A stretch of 64,000 nt of DNA from Eubacteriales bacterium. Its GTDB lineage: Bacteria > Bacillota > Clostridia > Oscillospirales > JAAYXM01. The stretch covers positions 15,437 through 79,436 of the forward strand of contig JAZNNQ010000035.1 of assembly GCA_045580305.1 (NCBI GenBank). The letters are read 5' to 3'. Every line of letters begins with the position of its first letter. Position 1 is the stretch's first letter. A model generated the notes under the pieces. It was not told the DNA's origin. It did not search any database and worked only from the letters and a program-made list of their open reading frames with translations. The position numbers were made by a program, and so were the translations under genes. Positions 9,935 through 19,217 of the stretch are shown in pieces.

Positions 9935-10315
9935 TTAAACTTCCGAATCCTTTTCCGTATTCTTACCCTCTATTTTATCTTTTTTTTGCCGAAAGGTCAA
10001 GAGATATCTTCGCATATCTGCAAAATTTTGAAATATTCTTGTACCAAACACTACTGCAGCAGGTAAAAACAGGTTCAAATCAAGTCGGTCGCCAATGAAG
10101 GTCATACCCCAGGCAATTATGGCGTTCCCGAAAAATCCCGACAAAAATATTTTAAGTTTAAAGCGACCGCGGAGCATTGCATCAATTCCGCCAAATGCGG
10201 AGTCCAGCGCACCCAATAGCGCGATTGCTACATATTGAGAATACGCCGCCGGGATCGTCACCGGCAAGAGAAGTGCGAGAATTGCGCCAATGGCAAGTCC
10301 GATCAAAACATACAT
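9935..10315 (-). CDS. sbp: Small basic protein Sbp/YlxX family (DUF1290)
   Basis: 126-aa membrane protein with the pattern IPAAYSQYVAIALLGALDSAFGG...FLSGFFGN...FGTRIFQNFADMRRYL, as in Bacillus Sbp. It sits in the dcw position between the DUF881 gene and ftsZ. Confidence 0.75.
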   Translation of the reverse strand: MYVLIGLAIGAILALLLPVTIPAAYSQYVAIALLGALDSAFGGIDAMLRGRFKLKIFLSGFFGNAIIAWGMTFIGDRLDLNLFLPAAVVFGTRIFQNFADMRRYLLTFRQKKDKIEGKNTEKDSEV

Positions 10316-10318
10316 TCT

Positions 10319-11047
10319 CTATTCCTCCTCAACCGGTTTTGCATATCTGAAGGTAACATCGTAACGAAGTGCATCTATTACAATATTATCACTTTTTGCG
10401 ATCTCAACATGAATTTCAAAGGTAAGCAGCTCGTCAACTATACCGCCTCTCATTTTGAGAGCGGCCTCCATCACATCCGGGTCACCTATCGCGGAAATAA
10501 CAAAGGGAATATTGTATTTTCTGTTATTTATGCTTACCACCGGGCCGGCACAACGGATTTCCGAGGTTGCGAGAATTCGCTCGCCATTTAAGCTTATCGC
10601 CTCGGCACCTGCAGCACGAAGCTCATTTATTACGCGGAGCAGGTCGGTATCGTGTACCACAAAGGCGTTTTCATCGACGCCGGTGTTTGCGCTGACGCTG
10701 TCAGAGAGCGTAACCGTAATTCCCGGGCCGTATACCGCGCGCTGACCGGATAAAATCTCGGCACGGTTTAATTTTTCACCCAATACCGTGGCCTCGCCAC
10801 CGCTTTCCTGCATTTCCTTGCGGAACTGCTCGTTTTCCGCTTTATATTGATCCAATTGCAGATTAAGTGCCGCGTTGCGCTCCTGCTCATCAATCAAGAG
10901 CTGTGTAAGCTCCTCGGTTCTGGTAGGTACCGAATTTTCCTGCTCGTGTATGCGCACGCTTTTAAACTGCAATGCAAGAAGAAATCCGAGCAGCATACAA
11001 ACCAAAAAAATCGTTATTTTTGCGCTTTTATTTTTCATCGTAAACAA
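10319..11047 (-). CDS. DUF881 (YlxW-like) division-cluster protein
   Basis: 242 aa with an N-terminal TM, a coiled-coil region and a C-terminal domain (PGITVTLSD...VHDTDLLRVINELRAAGAEAISLNGERI) typical of DUF881. It has the conserved position after ftsQ/divIB. Confidence 0.75.
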   Translation of the reverse strand: MFTMKNKSAKITIFLVCMLLGFLLALQFKSVRIHEQENSVPTRTEELTQLLIDEQERNAALNLQLDQYKAENEQFRKEMQESGGEATVLGEKLNRAEILSGQRAVYGPGITVTLSDSVSANTGVDENAFVVHDTDLLRVINELRAAGAEAISLNGERILATSEIRCAGPVVSINNRKYNIPFVISAIGDPDVMEAALKMRGGIVDELLTFEIHVEIAKSDNIVIDALRYDVTFRYAKPVEEE

Positions 11048-11810
11048 CCCTTTCAGGCGTAAAGCGCGCCTCTCCTAAGTTGGATAAATTGAGCCTGCCA
11101 CGATCTGTCGGTGCAAGCTGCGGAAGAACAACCGCAAACATATCAAGCTTTTTGGTAAGCTCTTCATTTGTACCCAGAATAACGGTAAGTCTGTCCTCAT
11201 ATGTAAATTGCAGGGAATAAACCGTGCTGACATCCACTTGTGTCACCTTATCTAAAAGTTGATGTTCGCTAAGTTTCCCCATCACGGAAACAAGAGCGTC
11301 CTTTTTGCCCGGTGTCTCCCAGTTTATCTCGCCGCCCGCAAAAGGTGTCACAAGCTCTTCCTCGGCTTTTATCCAAGCGCCCTCCAGTATTCCCTCGCCC
11401 TCTACACGCTCCAGAAGATAACCCTTGGCATCCACTATCCAGCGGCAGTCAGCGGTTTCGATATAACCGCAAGGCTTGCGCTCGGTTACCTCAAAAAGGA
11501 AGGTATCCGGCAGACGGCGGGTGATTTTTATCGTTTCGAGATACGGGAAATCACTCTGTATTTGCTCGATCGCTTCAAATTTATTTACACCAAAAAGGTT
11601 GTCGCCCACCTTTATGCCCGAGCTTTCGATAAGCTGCTCGGAAGTATAGTATGTATTGCCGGAGACCTCGATGCTTCCTACCTTAAGGAAAACCGTGAGC
11701 GATGCAATTATCGCGCCGGCAACTATTAAAAATGTAAACAGTGTCCAAAAGATGCGCGCGCCGCGTCTTTTTCTGCGGCGGCGGGTATATGATCTCTTTT
11801 GTTTAGCCAT
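11028..11810 (-). CDS. ftsQ: Cell division protein FtsQ/DivIB (POTRA domain)
   Basis: 260 aa with a basic N-terminus, one TM segment and a POTRA-like IEVSGNTYYTSEQLIESSGIKVGDNLF. It is in dcw context and overlaps the DUF881 gene by 20 nt. Confidence 0.85.
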   Translation of the reverse strand: MAKQKRSYTRRRRKRRGARIFWTLFTFLIVAGAIIASLTVFLKVGSIEVSGNTYYTSEQLIESSGIKVGDNLFGVNKFEAIEQIQSDFPYLETIKITRRLPDTFLFEVTERKPCGYIETADCRWIVDAKGYLLERVEGEGILEGAWIKAEEELVTPFAGGEINWETPGKKDALVSVMGKLSEHQLLDKVTQVDVSTVYSLQFTYEDRLTVILGTNEELTKKLDMFAVVLPQLAPTDRGRLNLSNLGEARFTPERVVYDEK

Positions 11811-11812
11811 TC

Positions 11813-13066
11813 TTACACTTCCCTTACTATTTGTGCGCCTATTTTAGCAAGACATCCTTCTATATTTTCGTATCCTCTGTCTATATAACAAAGATTTGAT
11901 ATCACGGTCTCACCCTGTGCCGCGAGCGCTGCCACAATCATTGCCGCTCCGCCGCGCAGGTCATATGCCTTAACCGGGGCACCGGTTAAATATTTTCCGC
12001 CGTTTACCATTGCTACCTTGCCCTCTACCCTTATATCCGCGCCCATTCGCATAAGCTCGGGCACATGAGTAAAGCGGTTTTCGAATATATTTTCCACAAA
12101 TATGGTAGTTCCGTCACACTGTGTGGCAAGCGCCATAAACGGTGCCTGAGCATCTGTGGGAAAGCCCGGGTGGGGCATGGTTCTGATCGTGCTCATGGGA
12201 TATAACGGGCCGTTGCGAATTATTCTTATATAGTTATCCCCGGTCTGGAGAAGACAACCGCACTCGCCCAGTCGTGTGCAAATTTCTTCTATATGATCGT
12301 GTATAACATTTTCGATCAAAACATCGCCACCGGCAATCGCCACTGCGGACAAATAAGTTGCGGCAGCAATTCTGTCGGGAATAACCCAATGCTCGGCATT
12401 ATGTGTTTCCTCGACACCCTCAATTTCGATAATACTGCTCCCTGCGCCGCTGACCTTCGCACCGATCGCGCAGAGAAAATTCTGAAGGTCCTCTATCTCG
12501 GGTTCCCTTGCAGCGTTAAAAATTCGGGTCTTGCCCTTTGCTCGCACAGCGGCAATCATTATGTTTTCGGTAGCGCCCACCGATGGAAATGACAGATTTA
12601 TATCACAGCCGCGCAAGTTTTGGGCATCGCAGATTATTTCGCCTCCGCAATCATTAATTTCAACACCCAACTTCCTCAAAGCGGAAAGATGCAGATCAAT
12701 TGGGCGCGAACCTATAGCACAGCCGCCGGGATATCTTATCGAAGCGTGGCCGCAACGAGCAAGAATACCGCCTAAAAACACGACCGAAGCGCGCATCTCG
12801 CGCATCAGACTATCTTCTATATTACAGCAATTTATACCACTTGCATCTATGATTACCGTGTCCTTTTCCCTTTTAACCTTAGCACCTAAAGATTTTAGAA
12901 TATCAAGCGCGATCTTTACATCGCTAAGCTCGGGACAGTTATGTATTATCATCTCACCCGGATGAATTATAGTTGCTGCAATAATCGGCAGCACACTGTT
13001 TTTAGCGCCGTGTACGGAAATTCTACCATCCAGCCTGGCACCACCGTTTATCTTAAGCACGCTCAT
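11813..13066 (-). CDS. murA: UDP-N-acetylglucosamine 1-carboxyvinyltransferase MurA
   Basis: MSVLKINGGARLDGRISVHGAKNSVLPIIAATI... with an active-site region YPGGCAIGSRPIDLHL. Start moved to ATG 13066, which has a GGGGGA RBS. Confidence 0.92.
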   Translation of the reverse strand: MSVLKINGGARLDGRISVHGAKNSVLPIIAATIIHPGEMIIHNCPELSDVKIALDILKSLGAKVKREKDTVIIDASGINCCNIEDSLMREMRASVVFLGGILARCGHASIRYPGGCAIGSRPIDLHLSALRKLGVEINDCGGEIICDAQNLRGCDINLSFPSVGATENIMIAAVRAKGKTRIFNAAREPEIEDLQNFLCAIGAKVSGAGSSIIEIEGVEETHNAEHWVIPDRIAAATYLSAVAIAGGDVLIENVIHDHIEEICTRLGECGCLLQTGDNYIRIIRNGPLYPMSTIRTMPHPGFPTDAQAPFMALATQCDGTTIFVENIFENRFTHVPELMRMGADIRVEGKVAMVNGGKYLTGAPVKAYDLRGGAAMIVAALAAQGETVISNLCYIDRGYENIEGCLAKIGAQIVREV

Positions 13067-13131
13067 ATTAAATTTCCCCCTGCCGTTTTGTCTCGTACGC
13101 CATTCTATGCGCACACGGCATTTTCCGTGTT

Positions 13132-14250
13132 TTACCTTGCCAGCTCTATTATTTCTTTATAAATTCTCTCGCATCCGTCTAATATGGCAACCTTAGACAG
13201 ATTTTTTGACATCTTTGAAAGCTTCTCTTTATCACTCAAAAGTTCTTTTGTTTTACTGTACAGTATTTCCGCCGTAACCTCGGACTCGCGGAGCATAACA
13301 GCACCGCCTGCACTTTCGAGTACAGCGGCATTTTTCTCCTGATGATTCTCCGCCACGTTGGGTGACGGGATGATTATCGCCGGCTTACCCACCGCCGCAA
13401 TCTCACTTACAGTAGAAGCACCGCCGCGGCATATGACCAGATCCGCCGCCGCCATAACACGGGGCATATCGTGTATATACTCGCGAAGCTCTACATTACC
13501 GTGAGCGGAAATATCCACACCGCTTTCCTCTAACATCTGCGGCATCCAGGTGCTGCCGAATTTTCCCATAGCGTGAATGTGATTAAACAAGTCCTCTTCA
13601 CACTCAAGCTTTATAAATCGCACGACTTCCTTGTTCATCTCACGGGCACCGAGAGATCCGAAAAAGCTAACAACAAGCGGGCGTGCATCTATTCCAAGTT
13701 CTTCTCTCGCTTCCTTTTTATCCTTATACAGCATATCCTGCCGTACGGGCATACCTATGGTCTTTACATTATGATCGTACTTCAAATAATCACGGGTAGC
13801 ATCGAAATTAATAAGCACGCGCGAAAGACGCGCGCCCAATGTTCGGGTAACAAGACCGGGGTATGCGTTTGACTCGTGAATAATTGTGGGTATTTTAAGG
13901 CGAGCGGCGCAATTCAGCACCGGATAGCAAGCATATCCTCCGGTACCTACAACCACATCGGGCTTAAATTCTCTGAGTATTCTCTTTGCCTTCACCCGCG
14001 AGGATATGACCTTACCCGCAACGCGGATATTGTTTAAAATTCCCTTTGGTGTAAGCTTGCGGCTCATACCCTCGATATCAATGGTCTCAAGGTTGAATCC
14101 CTCAGCCGGGACAAGTCGCGATTCCATACCGCGACTTGCGCCCACAAAGAGGATTTCACTTTCCGGTCGTCTTTCTTTAACCATTTTTGCCACAGCCAGT
14201 GCCGGATTAATGTGACCGCCGGTACCGCCGCAGGTAAAAAGAACCTTCAT
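13132..14250 (-). CDS. murG: Lipid II synthase MurG (UDP-GlcNAc:lipid I GlcNAc transferase)
   Basis: 372 aa with the MKVLFTCGGTGGHINPALAVA N-terminus typical of MurG; dcw context. Confidence 0.93.
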   Translation of the reverse strand: MKVLFTCGGTGGHINPALAVAKMVKERRPESEILFVGASRGMESRLVPAEGFNLETIDIEGMSRKLTPKGILNNIRVAGKVISSRVKAKRILREFKPDVVVGTGGYACYPVLNCAARLKIPTIIHESNAYPGLVTRTLGARLSRVLINFDATRDYLKYDHNVKTIGMPVRQDMLYKDKKEAREELGIDARPLVVSFFGSLGAREMNKEVVRFIKLECEEDLFNHIHAMGKFGSTWMPQMLEESGVDISAHGNVELREYIHDMPRVMAAADLVICRGGASTVSEIAAVGKPAIIIPSPNVAENHQEKNAAVLESAGGAVMLRESEVTAEILYSKTKELLSDKEKLSKMSKNLSKVAILDGCERIYKEIIELAR

Positions 14251-14254
14251 AAAA

Positions 14255-15382
14255 TCACCCTGCCTTCGGTGCTTTGATTTCCTTTGACACCGAAAGTACT
14301 AATCCTATTTCAATAAGCTGCATAACAAGCGCAGTGCCGCCATAGCTGAACAGCGGTAACGACACACCGGTTACCGGGAACACGCCGGTAACAACCGCTA
14401 AATTAAGCACTATCTGCAATGCAAGATGTGTGGTTACACCCACTACCACCATAGCGCCCGCCTTATCGGGAGCGCGCATTGCGATCTGGAAGCCGCGAAT
14501 AATAAGCATAGCAAAGAGCACGATTACGATCATTGCGCCGATAAAGCCAAGCTCCTCGCATACGATAGCGAAAATAAAGTCATTGTGCGGCTCAGGCAGA
14601 TATAAATACTTCTGTCGGCTGTTGCCGAAACCCAGACCGAAAAGTCCGCCCGCGCCGATAGCATAAAGCGCTTGAAGGGTCTGATAACCTGCGCCCTGCG
14701 CATCTGCCGCAGGGTCAAACGCGGTTAAGATACGCTTCAGGGCATAAGGCTCACGAGCAATTTTAACCGCAATGGCACTCGCCGCAAGAACGCCTGCGCC
14801 GGCTACCCATTTAAGACTGCAGCCGCCGATAAGCATCATAACGCCGCCGATTGCAGCGATAATGATAGCACCCGAATAATGAGGCTCTAATACCATAAGA
14901 ACACATATGATACCCAGTACAAGGGCAAATGGCAAAACGCCGTATTTAAATGTCTTTATTTTATCGGCATATTTGGTGGACAAGAATGCAAAAAACAGAA
15001 TTATCGAGGTTTTCGCCACCTCCGATGGCTGGAAGTTAAAGCCGATATATATCCAGCGTTTCTCACCGTATAGGCCGACACCTACTGCAAGAACCAATAC
15101 TAAGAGTACGATACTGCCCAGGATAGCAAGCCAAGACCAGTTAAGGAGTTTTCTGTATCCTATTTTAACCACAATGAATGCCAAGCCAAGGCCGAACACG
15201 GCAAAAAGTGCCTGACGGCGGAAGTAGTATGTACTCGCCAAGCCCTCGTAATATGCGCTGGCATAGCTTGCAGAGAAGACCATTAAAAGTCCTATGCTGA
15301 GAATGATTAAAGTGATTATCAGAAACGGATAATCTATAGTACCTGATGCGGTTTTTTTGGCTTTGGTTTTCTTTTTAGCCAT
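14255..15382 (-). CDS. ftsW: SEDS-family peptidoglycan polymerase FtsW/SpoVE
   Basis: 375 aa and polytopic. SEDS motifs are present (LPEPHNDFIFA, SYGGTALV). It sits between mraY and murG. Confidence 0.9.
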   Translation of the reverse strand: MAKKKTKAKKTASGTIDYPFLIITLIILSIGLLMVFSASYASAYYEGLASTYYFRRQALFAVFGLGLAFIVVKIGYRKLLNWSWLAILGSIVLLVLVLAVGVGLYGEKRWIYIGFNFQPSEVAKTSIILFFAFLSTKYADKIKTFKYGVLPFALVLGIICVLMVLEPHYSGAIIIAAIGGVMMLIGGCSLKWVAGAGVLAASAIAVKIAREPYALKRILTAFDPAADAQGAGYQTLQALYAIGAGGLFGLGFGNSRQKYLYLPEPHNDFIFAIVCEELGFIGAMIVIVLFAMLIIRGFQIAMRAPDKAGAMVVVGVTTHLALQIVLNLAVVTGVFPVTGVSLPLFSYGGTALVMQLIEIGLVLSVSKEIKAPKAG

Positions 15383-15405
15383 TACTTAAACCCCCAAGAA
15401 AAAAA

Positions 15406-16395
15406 TCAGAAAATGTATTTTGTAAAAAGTCCGATGTATGCAACAATGCAACCGATAAATGTGACAAGTGTGAACACGAAGCAAAGCTTTTTCTCGCTCC
15501 AGCCCTTCATTTCAAAATGATGGTGAATGGGAGCCATTTTGAAAAGGCGCTTGCCGTGTGTAAGTTTGAAATATGATACCTGCAGTATAACGGAAACCGT
15601 CTCTACTATGTAAATAATTCCAACGGGAATTAAAATAAGCGGAATATTAAATGCAAAAGCAAGACCGCAAACCATACCGCCCAAAAACAGAGAGCCGGTA
15701 TCGCCCATAAATACGCGGGCGGGGTTGAAGTTGTAAATTAAAAATCCGAACAGCGCCGCCATCACCGCAGATGAAAGAACGCCTAAAGCGGGCGCGGTAA
15801 ATACCATTGAAATAATTACGAAAAACATCATTACGGGAACGGTAACACAACTTGCAAGACCATCTATTCCATCGGTTAAATTGACCGCGTTTACCATAGC
15901 CACCGCAACGAAAATCATAAAAATAAGATAGATAAGCCACGGGATTTCAACAACAGTGTCAATAAAGGGGATATAAAGCTCGGAGCTGAAATCGCCCATA
16001 AATCTGAGTGCCGATAAAAACGCCGCGGATGCTGCTATCTGCAGGAGCAGCTTCTGCAGAGCGGAAAGTCCCTTGTTCTGCTTCTTCGTGATTTTTGCAT
16101 AGTCGTCAATAAAGCCAATAACGCCAAAGGCGAGCGCAAAAGCGAACACCAAAAGATGCTTGAAATTGCCCGCTAACATCTGGGGAATTCCCACAATAAG
16201 AATGGTTATCGCGATGGGAAGAACAAATATAATGCCGCCCATTGTGGGAGTGCCTTGCTTTGACATATGCCAGTTAGGACCGATCTCCAGAATGCTCTGT
16301 CCAAATTTTAGTTTAACCAAAAGGGGAATAAATATTTTTCCCGCAAGTGCTGTAAGTGAAAATGCAATAACTGCCGATAAAATATACTGCCACAT
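15406..16395 (-). CDS. mraY: Phospho-N-acetylmuramoyl-pentapeptide transferase MraY
   Basis: 329 aa and polytopic. GTPTMGG, NAVNLTDGIDGLA and APIHHHFE motifs are present. Confidence 0.95.
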   Translation of the reverse strand: MWQYILSAVIAFSLTALAGKIFIPLLVKLKFGQSILEIGPNWHMSKQGTPTMGGIIFVLPIAITILIVGIPQMLAGNFKHLLVFAFALAFGVIGFIDDYAKITKKQNKGLSALQKLLLQIAASAAFLSALRFMGDFSSELYIPFIDTVVEIPWLIYLIFMIFVAVAMVNAVNLTDGIDGLASCVTVPVMMFFVIISMVFTAPALGVLSSAVMAALFGFLIYNFNPARVFMGDTGSLFLGGMVCGLAFAFNIPLILIPVGIIYIVETVSVILQVSYFKLTHGKRLFKMAPIHHHFEMKGWSEKKLCFVFTLVTFIGCIVAYIGLFTKYIF

Positions 16396-16415
16396 ATTGT
16401 TTTCCCTCCTGTTTG

Positions 16416-17753
16416 TTAAGCCTTAAGCAACGCCTCAACAACGCGTTCCAAATGCATACCGCGACTTGCTTTAACAAGCACTGTGTCACCGCTTTTGAGT
16501 ATTCCGCTAAGCGCATTAGCAAGTGTTTCTGCGCCGTCAAAGGTGTGCACCTCAGCGCCGCTTGCACCTTTTTTAACCACCTCGCGCATATCACCGGTCG
16601 CAAAAATCACATCCGCACACTTTGCGGCATATGCGCCGATTTTAAAGTGGGCATCCTCTGCCACCGCGCCAAGCTCCAGCATATCCGCCAAAACCGCGAT
16701 CTTTCGTCCCGTACTGCGGGATAAAAGCGTGAGAGATGCTCGCATTGAGTCGGGGTTTGCATTATAACAGTCGTTTATTATGGTAACGCCGTCTTTTTCG
16801 GTTATCTTCTGGCGCATACCGGTATTTTCAAAGGCATCAAGTCCTGCCGCCATCTCATCTGTGCTGAGTCCCAACTCACGGCCTACGGCAATAGATGCAA
16901 GAGCATTTTGCAGGTTATGACTGCCGCCCACATTTATTTTAAATTCGCAGTTTGGGATTTCCCTTACTTTAAAGATGATTTGGGAAAGACTGCTGCTCTT
17001 TTCAATGCCAAAAATATCGCACTCTGCGTTTTTAATACCGTAATAAACGGTTTTGAAGGAGAGTGTCCCCTTCAGTCCCCAGAGAAGCGGATCGTCGCCG
17101 TTTAGAACAACCACACCATCCTTCTTGAGGCCCTCTAAAATCTCAAGCTTTGCGCGGAGAATACCCTCTTTTGAGCCTAAAAACTCAATATGTGACTCGC
17201 CAATTGTGCTTATAACCGCGATGTTCGGTTGCGCAACCCTTGTAAGGCGGGAAATTTCGCCAAAATGGTTCATACCCATCTCGATTACCGCCGCCTGATG
17301 GCTTGAATTTAACTCAAGCACGGTAAAAGGCAAGCCGATTTCGTTATTTAAATTGCCTTGGGTTTTAAGTGTATTGTATTTTTGTGAGAGCACACTTGCT
17401 ATCATTTCCTTTGTTGTAGTTTTGCCCACACTACCGGTGACGCCCACAACCGGGATATCAAATTCCTTGCGATAGCATTCTGCAATTTTTTGAAGTGCTG
17501 CTACCGTATCCTCAACCACAAGGGTGGGAATTCTCAGCTGTATATCCTTCGATAAAAGTGCTGCTGATGCACCGGCATCTGCCGCAGAGATAGCAAAGTC
17601 GTTGCCGTCAAAGTTTCCACCCTTAATGGCTACAAACAAATCTCCCGCTTCTACCTGACGATTATCTCGCTTTATTCCGCAGATGACCGTGTCGGGGGCT
17701 GAGGTTTCCATATTCAAATATGCGGCAAGCTGTGCAAGTGTTCTCTGCTCCAC
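16416..17753 (-). CDS. murF: UDP-MurNAc-tripeptide--D-alanyl-D-alanine ligase MurF
   Basis: 445 aa with the Mur ligase P-loop GVTGSVGKTTTKEM. The order murE-murF-mraY is conserved. Confidence 0.92.
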   Translation of the reverse strand: MEQRTLAQLAAYLNMETSAPDTVICGIKRDNRQVEAGDLFVAIKGGNFDGNDFAISAADAGASAALLSKDIQLRIPTLVVEDTVAALQKIAECYRKEFDIPVVGVTGSVGKTTTKEMIASVLSQKYNTLKTQGNLNNEIGLPFTVLELNSSHQAAVIEMGMNHFGEISRLTRVAQPNIAVISTIGESHIEFLGSKEGILRAKLEILEGLKKDGVVVLNGDDPLLWGLKGTLSFKTVYYGIKNAECDIFGIEKSSSLSQIIFKVREIPNCEFKINVGGSHNLQNALASIAVGRELGLSTDEMAAGLDAFENTGMRQKITEKDGVTIINDCYNANPDSMRASLTLLSRSTGRKIAVLADMLELGAVAEDAHFKIGAYAAKCADVIFATGDMREVVKKGASGAEVHTFDGAETLANALSGILKSGDTVLVKASRGMHLERVVEALLKA

Positions 17754-17767
17754 AAAAAGCGCTCCCT

Positions 17768-19201
17768 CTATTTATTGAAGTATTCTTGTACTACCTCGCG
17801 CTCATCCAAGTGATGGCGCACACCGTTTATCTCCTGGTATGTTTCGTGGCCCTTGCCCGCAAGCAATACCACATCGCCTTCTCTCGCAATGGAGAGCGCA
17901 TAGTGTATTGCCTTTGGCCGCGACTCCTCAACATAAACCGTAGCCTTTTCCCTGTCAACGCCGGGCAGGATCTGATTTATGATCGCCATAGGGTCTTCAG
18001 TTCTCGGATTATCCGAGGTTACAACCACGATATCCGCCAGTCGCGACGCGATCTCGCCCATTATCGGGCGCTTTGTAGCATCACGGTCACCGCCACAGCC
18101 GAAAACAACAATAATCCTTCCGCGGGCAAAGCCCTTCACGGTATCCAGTATGTTTTCGAGACCGTCGGGTGAATGTGCGTAATCTATCATAACAGTGTAG
18201 TCCGTATCACAGGGTACAACCTCGGCGCGTCCGCAAACGCCGCTTGCTCGTGCAAGGGTCTTGGCGGAGGTCTCAAATGAAATTCCGAGCATTTTTGCGG
18301 CCGAAACAACCGCAAGACCGTTATAAACCGAAAATTCGCCCGGGATGCCAAGCTCTATATGTCCACGCTCATCCTTTGCACTAAGGTCAAAGGCTACACC
18401 CTTCTCGCCAAGTTCAAGTGCAGATGCTACGATATCCGCATCATTTTTTACGCCGTAGGTGGTATATTGGCAATTAGCGCCTTTCAGCATCGTTTTGGCA
18501 TATTTATCGTCTGTGTTCACAACGCCGTATTTGCAGTTGTTAAACAACAACGCCTTCGCCTCGGCATAGTTTTCCATAGTGCCGTGGAAGTCAAGATGAT
18601 CCTGACTTAAATTTGTAAATATACCCACCTCGAAATCAATTCCGTATACCCGGTCTAAGACCAGCGAGTGGGATGAAACCTCCATAACAACATGGCTACA
18701 GCCCTTTTCCACCATTTCTGCAAGAAGGCACTGAAGTCCGTTGCCATCGGGGGTTGTTCGCTCTGTATAGAGTGTCTCGTCGCCTATCATATTCTGGTTT
18801 GTACCGATAAGGCCGACCTTTTTGCCGCTATCTTCAAGAATTTCTTTTAAAAGATATGTAGTGGTGGTCTTTCCGTTTGTACCGGTGACACCGATCATAG
18901 TGAGCTTACTTGCAGGATTGCCGTTGAAATTGGCCGCAACCACCGCAAGGCTCCTGCGGGCGTTTTCCACCTGTATATAGGGAAAGTCATCACTCGGAGT
19001 TTCGGTAATGACCGCCACAGCGCCGCTTTGCAGTGCCATAGGCACAAAGTGGTTTCCGTCGGTCTTAAAGCCGGGGATGGCAACAAACAGCGCACCCGCC
19101 TGTGCAGTTCGTGAATCGTGACAAACAGAGGATATCTCTATATCCATATCACAATTTGCGGATAAAATCTCTATTCCCTTTAAAACATCACGCAAAAGCA
19201 T
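17768..19201 (-). CDS. murE: UDP-MurNAc-L-Ala-D-Glu--2,6-diaminopimelate ligase MurE (DNPR type)
   Basis: 477 aa with the P-loop GVTGTNGKTTTT and a DNPR motif (VVVTSDNPRTEDP), which is characteristic of diaminopimelate-adding MurE enzymes. Confidence 0.92.
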   Translation of the reverse strand: MLLRDVLKGIEILSANCDMDIEISSVCHDSRTAQAGALFVAIPGFKTDGNHFVPMALQSGAVAVITETPSDDFPYIQVENARRSLAVVAANFNGNPASKLTMIGVTGTNGKTTTTYLLKEILEDSGKKVGLIGTNQNMIGDETLYTERTTPDGNGLQCLLAEMVEKGCSHVVMEVSSHSLVLDRVYGIDFEVGIFTNLSQDHLDFHGTMENYAEAKALLFNNCKYGVVNTDDKYAKTMLKGANCQYTTYGVKNDADIVASALELGEKGVAFDLSAKDERGHIELGIPGEFSVYNGLAVVSAAKMLGISFETSAKTLARASGVCGRAEVVPCDTDYTVMIDYAHSPDGLENILDTVKGFARGRIIVVFGCGGDRDATKRPIMGEIASRLADIVVVTSDNPRTEDPMAIINQILPGVDREKATVYVEESRPKAIHYALSIAREGDVVLLAGKGHETYQEINGVRHHLDEREVVQEYFNK

Positions 19202-19217
19202 TATGCTACTCCCCTTT

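Noticed and set aside
17720-18172. 150-aa plus-strand ORF across the murF/murE junction
   Set aside because: It is antisense to two Mur ligase genes with unmistakable P-loop motifs. There is no independent support.
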